DNA of 64,000 bases. Source: Terriglobia bacterium. Lineage in GTDB: Bacteria; Acidobacteriota; Terriglobia; 20CM-2-55-15. Positions 58,866 to 64,000 of this stretch are shown here, in pieces. Each line of letters opens with the position of its first letter. Position 1 is the stretch's first letter. The notes beneath the pieces are model-generated. The model was given only the letters and a program-made list of their open reading frames with translations, did no database searches and had not been told where the DNA came from. A program made the position numbers and the translations under genes. The stretch is taken from positions 1,024,001 to 1,088,000 of the forward strand of contig CBDAOY010000008.1 in the NCBI GenBank assembly GCA_965198225.1, written 5' to 3'.

Positions 58866-60680
58866 ATGCTGAATCCGAACCCGACAGGACGCTTCCGGCC
58901 GCCGCTGCCACGGCTGCGCCGCGGGCTGTTCTTCGGGCTGGTATCCGGCACCACTGTAGTCGGTATCAGCATGATGCTCGACATCGTGCAGGCCCACGGC
59001 ATCAATGCTCTGGAAATCGTCGTTCTGGCACTGTTTGCGGTGACCTTCAGCTGGATCTCCCTTCCTTTTTGGAACGCAGTCATCGGATTCGCACTGATCG
59101 TGCTGCGATGCGACCCTTTGTCCCTCCGTCGAGCGATGGCACGGAACCCGAATCCAACGATCGCGGGCCGAACCGCGCTGGTCATGCCGGCACACAACGA
59201 AGACCCCGAACGGATCATGAGCGGCCTGGCCGCCGTGCTGCGCTCGCTGACCGGTACCGGTCTCGCTGACCGGTTCGACCTGCACCTCCTGAGCGACACG
59301 ACCGATCCAACTCTCGCCCGGGCAGAAGAGGTCGCGTGGACAAACTTACAGCAGGAACTGGGCCGTTCGGCCGGCCTTTACTACCGACGCCGCTCGGCAA
59401 ACATCGGTCGCAAGGCCGGCAACATCGCAGACTTCTGCGAGCGCCGGGGTGGGGACTACGATTTCATGGTGGTGCTGGATGCCGACAGCGTCATGAGCGG
59501 GTCAACGTTGGTCGAACTGGTGCGCACGATGGAGGCCAACCCGCGCATCGGGCTGATCCAGACGGTGCCCATTCCGGCCCGGCGGGATACGCTGTTCGGC
59601 CGTCTGGTTCAGTTCGCCGCCAGCCTCTACAGTCCGATGCTGGCGACGGGCCAAACTTTCTGGCAAACCGATGCAGCCAATTACTGGGGGCACAACGCCA
59701 TCATCCGGGTCGGACCGTTTGTCGAGCACTGTAAGCTGCCGGTGCTCCCCGGCAAACCCCCTCTCGGTGGCCCGATCCTGAGCCATGACTTCGTCGAGGC
59801 GGCCCTGATGCGCCGGGCCGGCTGGAGTGTATTCCTGCTAGCGTCGATCGGCGGCAGTTACGAAGAGGTGCCTGCCAACATCCTGGACTACGCTAAACGC
59901 GACCGCCGATGGACCCAGGGCAGCCTGCAGCACCTGCGACTTTTGCGGGCCCGTGGCCTGCACGCGTTGAGCCGTCTGCATTTTCTGCTGGGAGCGCTGG
60001 GCTACGTCGCATCGTTGTTGTGGCTGCTGATGCTGCTGGCCAGTACGGCCTACATCGCGCTCCCCTCATTCGGGATGGCCACTCTTCTTGATGGCTATTC
60101 AGCGTTGCCGGAATGGTCAATGCCCTGGGCGGCGGCGAGCCGGATCCTCCCATTGCTGGGCGTCACCATCGCCATGCTGTTCGTCCCCAAGCTACTCGGT
60201 GTGATCCTCGCGCTTGTCCATCAGCGGCGGTCATTCGGTGGAGCCAGGCACTTGTTGCTCAGCGCCCTGCTCGAGTGCCTGTTCGCGGTGGCAGTCGCGC
60301 CTGTGATGATGATGTATCACAGCCGCTTTGTCCTGAGCGTGCTGGGCGGCCGTGACATCCGGTGGGATCCTCCAGTGCGCGAAGCGCGTGTGGTTCCGTG
60401 GCCGGAAGCCTGGCGTAAGACTGCGGCAACCACTGGGTTCGGGCTGGCCTGGGCGGGGCTGACGCTGTACAGCAGCCCGACCTTTTTCCTCTGGCTGACA
60501 CCGATCTTTACAGGTCTCCTCCTGGCCGCTCCGCTGGTTCGATGGACCAGCAGCCGGACTCTGGGTCAATGGGCCCGGCGTCGAGGGCTCTTCCTCGTAC
60601 CGTCCGAGACGGCCGCCCCTCCGGAGTTGAAAGCGTCACCCGAGGGCATCGTCCGGTTGGCGGGACAACCCGCGGACTAG
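58866..60680 (+). CDS. opgH: OPG biosynthesis glucosyltransferase H (GT2)
   Basis: RKAGNIADF, VLDADS, NYWGHNAIIR, LSHDFVEAALM and RDRRWTQG motifs. Confidence 0.93.
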   Translation: MLNPNPTGRFRPPLPRLRRGLFFGLVSGTTVVGISMMLDIVQAHGINALEIVVLALFAVTFSWISLPFWNAVIGFALIVLRCDPLSLRRAMARNPNPTIAGRTALVMPAHNEDPERIMSGLAAVLRSLTGTGLADRFDLHLLSDTTDPTLARAEEVAWTNLQQELGRSAGLYYRRRSANIGRKAGNIADFCERRGGDYDFMVVLDADSVMSGSTLVELVRTMEANPRIGLIQTVPIPARRDTLFGRLVQFAASLYSPMLATGQTFWQTDAANYWGHNAIIRVGPFVEHCKLPVLPGKPPLGGPILSHDFVEAALMRRAGWSVFLLASIGGSYEEVPANILDYAKRDRRWTQGSLQHLRLLRARGLHALSRLHFLLGALGYVASLLWLLMLLASTAYIALPSFGMATLLDGYSALPEWSMPWAAASRILPLLGVTIAMLFVPKLLGVILALVHQRRSFGGARHLLLSALLECLFAVAVAPVMMMYHSRFVLSVLGGRDIRWDPPVREARVVPWPEAWRKTAATTGFGLAWAGLTLYSSPTFFLWLTPIFTGLLLAAPLVRWTSSRTLGQWARRRGLFLVPSETAAPPELKASPEGIVRLAGQPAD

Positions 60681-60779
60681 GAGATTTCGTCATTCGAGAT
60701 TTTGACATTGGAGATTGAAGATTGAGGCCGATGTGAAATCTCAAATCTACAATTTGGAATTTCCAATCCTCGCCGTTGA

Positions 60780-61802
60780 TCAACCAACGGCGAGGTAGTC
60801 CTGTCCTCGTTTCCAGCCACGCTGCCCGAGCCCCGACGCCACTTCGTCGCGCGCTCCGTGACGCGTCACATAGATCAGCACGAACGGCCTGGGCCGCGCG
60901 CCCTCGAGCCATTCCGGCGATTCGACAGGAATGCCCCAGACGGTATGCCCGATTTTCCTGGGGTCGATGTCGATCCAGGCCGTAGGTGCGACGCCGCGGT
61001 CGATGACGAGCCGGGCCCTCTGGCGGGTTCGGCGCCCGGCACCCCAGACCACCACCGGTCGTCCCCCAGCCAGGCGCGAATCGCTTGCCAGGTAGCTGGC
61101 CCGAAGCCGGTCGAAGGACTCGCGCGAGTACCGATCATCCACCCGTGAGACCCGATCCGGTCGCTCGCGCCACGAGAGCAACACTTCCGGAAGCTTGGCC
61201 ATCCGGATCCCCTGTTGATTCATCCGAAGCCACAGATCGTAGTCTTCAGGGAAGTCCCCTTCCGAGTAGCCACCCATGCGTTCCACCGTCGACAGACGCA
61301 TCATGACCGAAGGGTGGGCGAACGGGGATTCGACATAGATGTTGTCGGCAATCTCGTCGGGTTCGATGCAGGAGTTCTGCCACCGGATGTACTCGCGGTA
61401 GCCGGCTCGAATCGATTCGATCGGAAACAATTCCACCCGACACCCCACGACTGCCACCCCCGGGTTCTTCTTCAGGAAGTCCGACTGCAGTTCCAGCCTT
61501 CGCGGGTCCATGATGTCGTCGGCATCCATCCGGGCGACGAACCGGGACCGTGCCCGTGCGAACCCAGTATTCAGGGCGCCGACGATTCCGCGTTTCTCCG
61601 TAGGAACGAGAATCACACGCGAGTCGACTCTCGATCGTTCCGCTAGAATTTCCGTTGAACCATCCGAAGAGCCGTCGTCGACGGCGATCAGTTCGAACGC
61701 CGTCAGGGTCTGTTGCCGGATCGAATCCAGGCAGTCGTCGAGGGTGTCGGCGGCGTTGCGGAACGGAAGGACGATGGAGACTTCCGGCGGCAAGGGGCTC
61801 AA
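60780..61802 (-). CDS. Glycosyltransferase family 2
   Basis: VDDGSSD, RMDADD and EDYDLWLR motifs; C-terminal VVWGAG domain. Confidence 0.88.
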   Translation of the reverse strand: MSPLPPEVSIVLPFRNAADTLDDCLDSIRQQTLTAFELIAVDDGSSDGSTEILAERSRVDSRVILVPTEKRGIVGALNTGFARARSRFVARMDADDIMDPRRLELQSDFLKKNPGVAVVGCRVELFPIESIRAGYREYIRWQNSCIEPDEIADNIYVESPFAHPSVMMRLSTVERMGGYSEGDFPEDYDLWLRMNQQGIRMAKLPEVLLSWRERPDRVSRVDDRYSRESFDRLRASYLASDSRLAGGRPVVVWGAGRRTRQRARLVIDRGVAPTAWIDIDPRKIGHTVWGIPVESPEWLEGARPRPFVLIYVTRHGARDEVASGLGQRGWKRGQDYLAVG

Positions 61803-63127
61803 CCGACCGCGATGTAGCGGATCAGGAACAGTGCGGTGAACAGCCAGATCATCCAGTGCAGCTGCCGGTAGCGTCCCGAGACCAGACTGAGGATCACATA
61901 GCTGATGAAGCCGAATGCGATCCCGTCGGTGATGCTGAAGGTGAACGGAATGACGGTGATCGTGATGAAGGCCGGGATGTATTCATGGGGATCGTCCCAG
62001 GCGATGTGACCGACGTTGCGCATCATGAAAGCGCCCACGATGATCAGCGCCGGCGCAACGGTCGGGTACAGCATCAACCCGGACTCTGAAGGGTGTCCTT
62101 CTCCGATCATGCGCGCCAGCGGAGCGAAGAAGAGCGCGAGCAGAAACATGCCCGCCGTCACCAGGTTCGCAAGACCCGTACGCGCGCCTTCGGCGACACC
62201 AGTCGCGCTCTCGATGTAGCTGACTACGGTTGAATTGCCGATCACGCCCGATGCCGTCGTCCCGATTGCATCGGCCAGGAGCGCTTCCCGCACACGCGGC
62301 AGACGGCCGTTCTTCATGAAACCGCCCTGCTGGGCGATGCCGATCAACGATCCGATGCTGTCGAACAGATCGAGAAAGAAGAATACGAAGATTACCGGGA
62401 TCGCACCCAGGCTCAGGGCACCGACCACGTCCAACTCGAACGCGACGGCGGCCGGGGAGGGCGGCGGGGCAAAGACTCCGTTGAAACGGACCACGCCCAC
62501 GATCAGGCCGATCGCGGTGCTCGTCAGGATGCCGAAGAGGATAGCGCCCCGGACTCCGGCGACGAGCAGAACCGCGGTCACCAGTATGCCGGCAGTCGAC
62601 ATCCACACAGCCGGCTGCCCGAGGTCGCCCAGCGTGACCAGGGTTGCGGGATTGCCGGCTACGAACCCACCCCACTCGAGCCCGACCAGCGTGATCAGCA
62701 ACCCGATGCCGACCGCGATACCGTGTTTGAGCGATGCCGGTATGCTCTCGATCAACGCCTCCCGGATGCCCCAGAGCGACATGACCAGAAAGAGAACACC
62801 CGATATGAAGACGGCCCCCAGCGCCACCTGCCACGAGTAGCCCATCGTGCCCACCACGGTAAATGCAAAGAAGAAATTGTGTCCCATCGCCGGCGCCACA
62901 GCGATCGGATAGTTCGCGAGGAACGCCATCAGGAGTGTTCCGAATGCGCTGATCAGGCAAGTCGCGGCAAGGACGGCATCGAAGTCCATGCCGGTCGTGC
63001 TCATCACGGCCGGCTGGACGAAGATGATGTAGGACATCGTCATGAACGTCGTCAGCCCGCCCAATCCCTCGATGCGGATCGTCGTCTGGTTCTCCTTCAG
63101 CCGGAAGAGCTTTTCGATACGTCCCAT
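61799..63127 (-). CDS. NCS2/AzgA-type nucleobase permease
   Basis: GLTTFMTMSYI, APAMG, YIESATGVAEGARTG and FSITDGIAFG motifs. Confidence 0.92.
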   Translation of the reverse strand: MGRIEKLFRLKENQTTIRIEGLGGLTTFMTMSYIIFVQPAVMSTTGMDFDAVLAATCLISAFGTLLMAFLANYPIAVAPAMGHNFFFAFTVVGTMGYSWQVALGAVFISGVLFLVMSLWGIREALIESIPASLKHGIAVGIGLLITLVGLEWGGFVAGNPATLVTLGDLGQPAVWMSTAGILVTAVLLVAGVRGAILFGILTSTAIGLIVGVVRFNGVFAPPPSPAAVAFELDVVGALSLGAIPVIFVFFFLDLFDSIGSLIGIAQQGGFMKNGRLPRVREALLADAIGTTASGVIGNSTVVSYIESATGVAEGARTGLANLVTAGMFLLALFFAPLARMIGEGHPSESGLMLYPTVAPALIIVGAFMMRNVGHIAWDDPHEYIPAFITITVIPFTFSITDGIAFGFISYVILSLVSGRYRQLHWMIWLFTALFLIRYIAVG

Positions 63128-63177
63128 GATTTCATGCGGGTGGGAGTGCGCCCTGGCCGCGGCTCCCGGACCCACTA

Positions 63178-64000
63178 GTGGCCTGTAACGTTGAAAGTGG
63201 GACCAGTAATGTCCCTGCGTTGAGTTAACGTTCGTGCATGACCTATACAGCTGTGCGAGTGACGCCGAAAGTCGAGCGGGAACTGCAAAGACGAGTGCGC
63301 TCCCGAGCGCTGCGGGCCGATGATGTGCGACGGGCTCGTTTGATACTGATGCTTGCCGACGGTCAGTCGTTCTCGGTGATCCGTGAAGCGCTGGGCTGTA
63401 ACCGCAGCTACATCACGCGATGGAAGAACCGATTTCTCGAAGACGGATTGTCGGGGTTGTACTCGCGACATGCGGGCCGAGCAGTGGAAAAACGAACGCC
63501 GAAGATGGAGGCTCGAATACTGGCGTGGACAAGCAAGCCGCCGCCGGATGGATCCACGCACTGGAGTAGCCGCAAGTTGGCCGCTCATCTGGGAACGACT
63601 CACATGATGGTCGCCCGGGTTTGGAAACGCGCCGGACTGCAACCCCACCGAATCGAGCGCTACATGGCTTCCAACGATCCGGACTTTGAGAAGAAAGCGG
63701 CCGATATCATCGGACTCTACGTCAATCCGCCGCAGCATGCGGCCGTCTTTTGCGTCGATGAAAAGACGGCTATCCAAGCCTTGGACCGTTTGGTTCCGGT
63801 GCTTCCGCTTTCTCCGGGCCGTGCGGAACGTCACGGCTTCGAGTATTTCCGCCATGGGACGCTCTCGCTCTATGCGGCGCTGAATACGAAGACCGGGGAG
63901 GTTGTCGGCAAAACGGCCCCACGCCACACCAGCGAAGAGTTCGTGGCTTTCCTGGCGGATCTGCTGGTTCACCAACCACCGAACAAGGAGATTCACGTTA
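63178..64000 (+). mobile_element. IS630-family insertion sequence (right part outside the window)
   Basis: TA followed by GTGGCCTGTAAC left end, then a transposase. Confidence 0.9.
63238..64000 (+). CDS. IS630 transposase (truncated by the window end)
   Basis: Hand translation: MTYTAVRVTP..RARLILML..THWSSRKLA..VFCVDEKTAIQALDR..EYFRHGTLSLYAAL. Confidence 0.92.
   Translation, partial: MTYTAVRVTPKVERELQRRVRSRALRADDVRRARLILMLADGQSFSVIREALGCNRSYITRWKNRFLEDGLSGLYSRHAGRAVEKRTPKMEARILAWTSKPPPDGSTHWSSRKLAAHLGTTHMMVARVWKRAGLQPHRIERYMASNDPDFEKKAADIIGLYVNPPQHAAVFCVDEKTAIQALDRLVPVLPLSPGRAERHGFEYFRHGTLSLYAALNTKTGEVVGKTAPRHTSEEFVAFLADLLVHQPPNKEIHV

Overview
A GC-rich bacterial window. An Acidobacteriota origin is inferred from gene content (fused LptF-LptG, DUF1592/DUF1552/ankyrin trio, many TPR/PQQ/sulfatase proteins); this is not proven. 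Housekeeping genes are metK-xerD-murJ/lpxD, recO-glyQ-glyS-ppdK, thiD and lptFG. I saw no rRNA, tRNA or CRISPR array. Main points: (1) An uncharacterised pathway at 41.4-48.6 kb and 54.7-60.7 kb, split by a DUF1592-DUF1552-ankyrin operon. It has a GTP cyclohydrolase II-reductase fusion, a non-canonical PTPS, a Zn-less MDR dehydrogenase, GT4, two methyltransferases, a histidine phosphatase, a CDP-alcohol phosphotransferase and an LTA-synthase-like transferase next to opgGH. It may make a GTP-derived head group and attach it to periplasmic glucan (inference). (2) Two 269-bp MITEs with unrelated terminal inverted repeats carry the same covarying two-domain structured cargo. (3) A 75-aa SelW/Rdx selenoprotein (CxxU plus SECIS-like hairpin) is missed by the ORF track. 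(4) A nested IS630-type MITE / IS256 / IS1634 stack, with an autonomous IS630 at the window end. (5) Several apparently leaderless genes, REP doublets and an exact 156-bp tandem duplication. All product calls come from motif recognition by eye; no database search was run.
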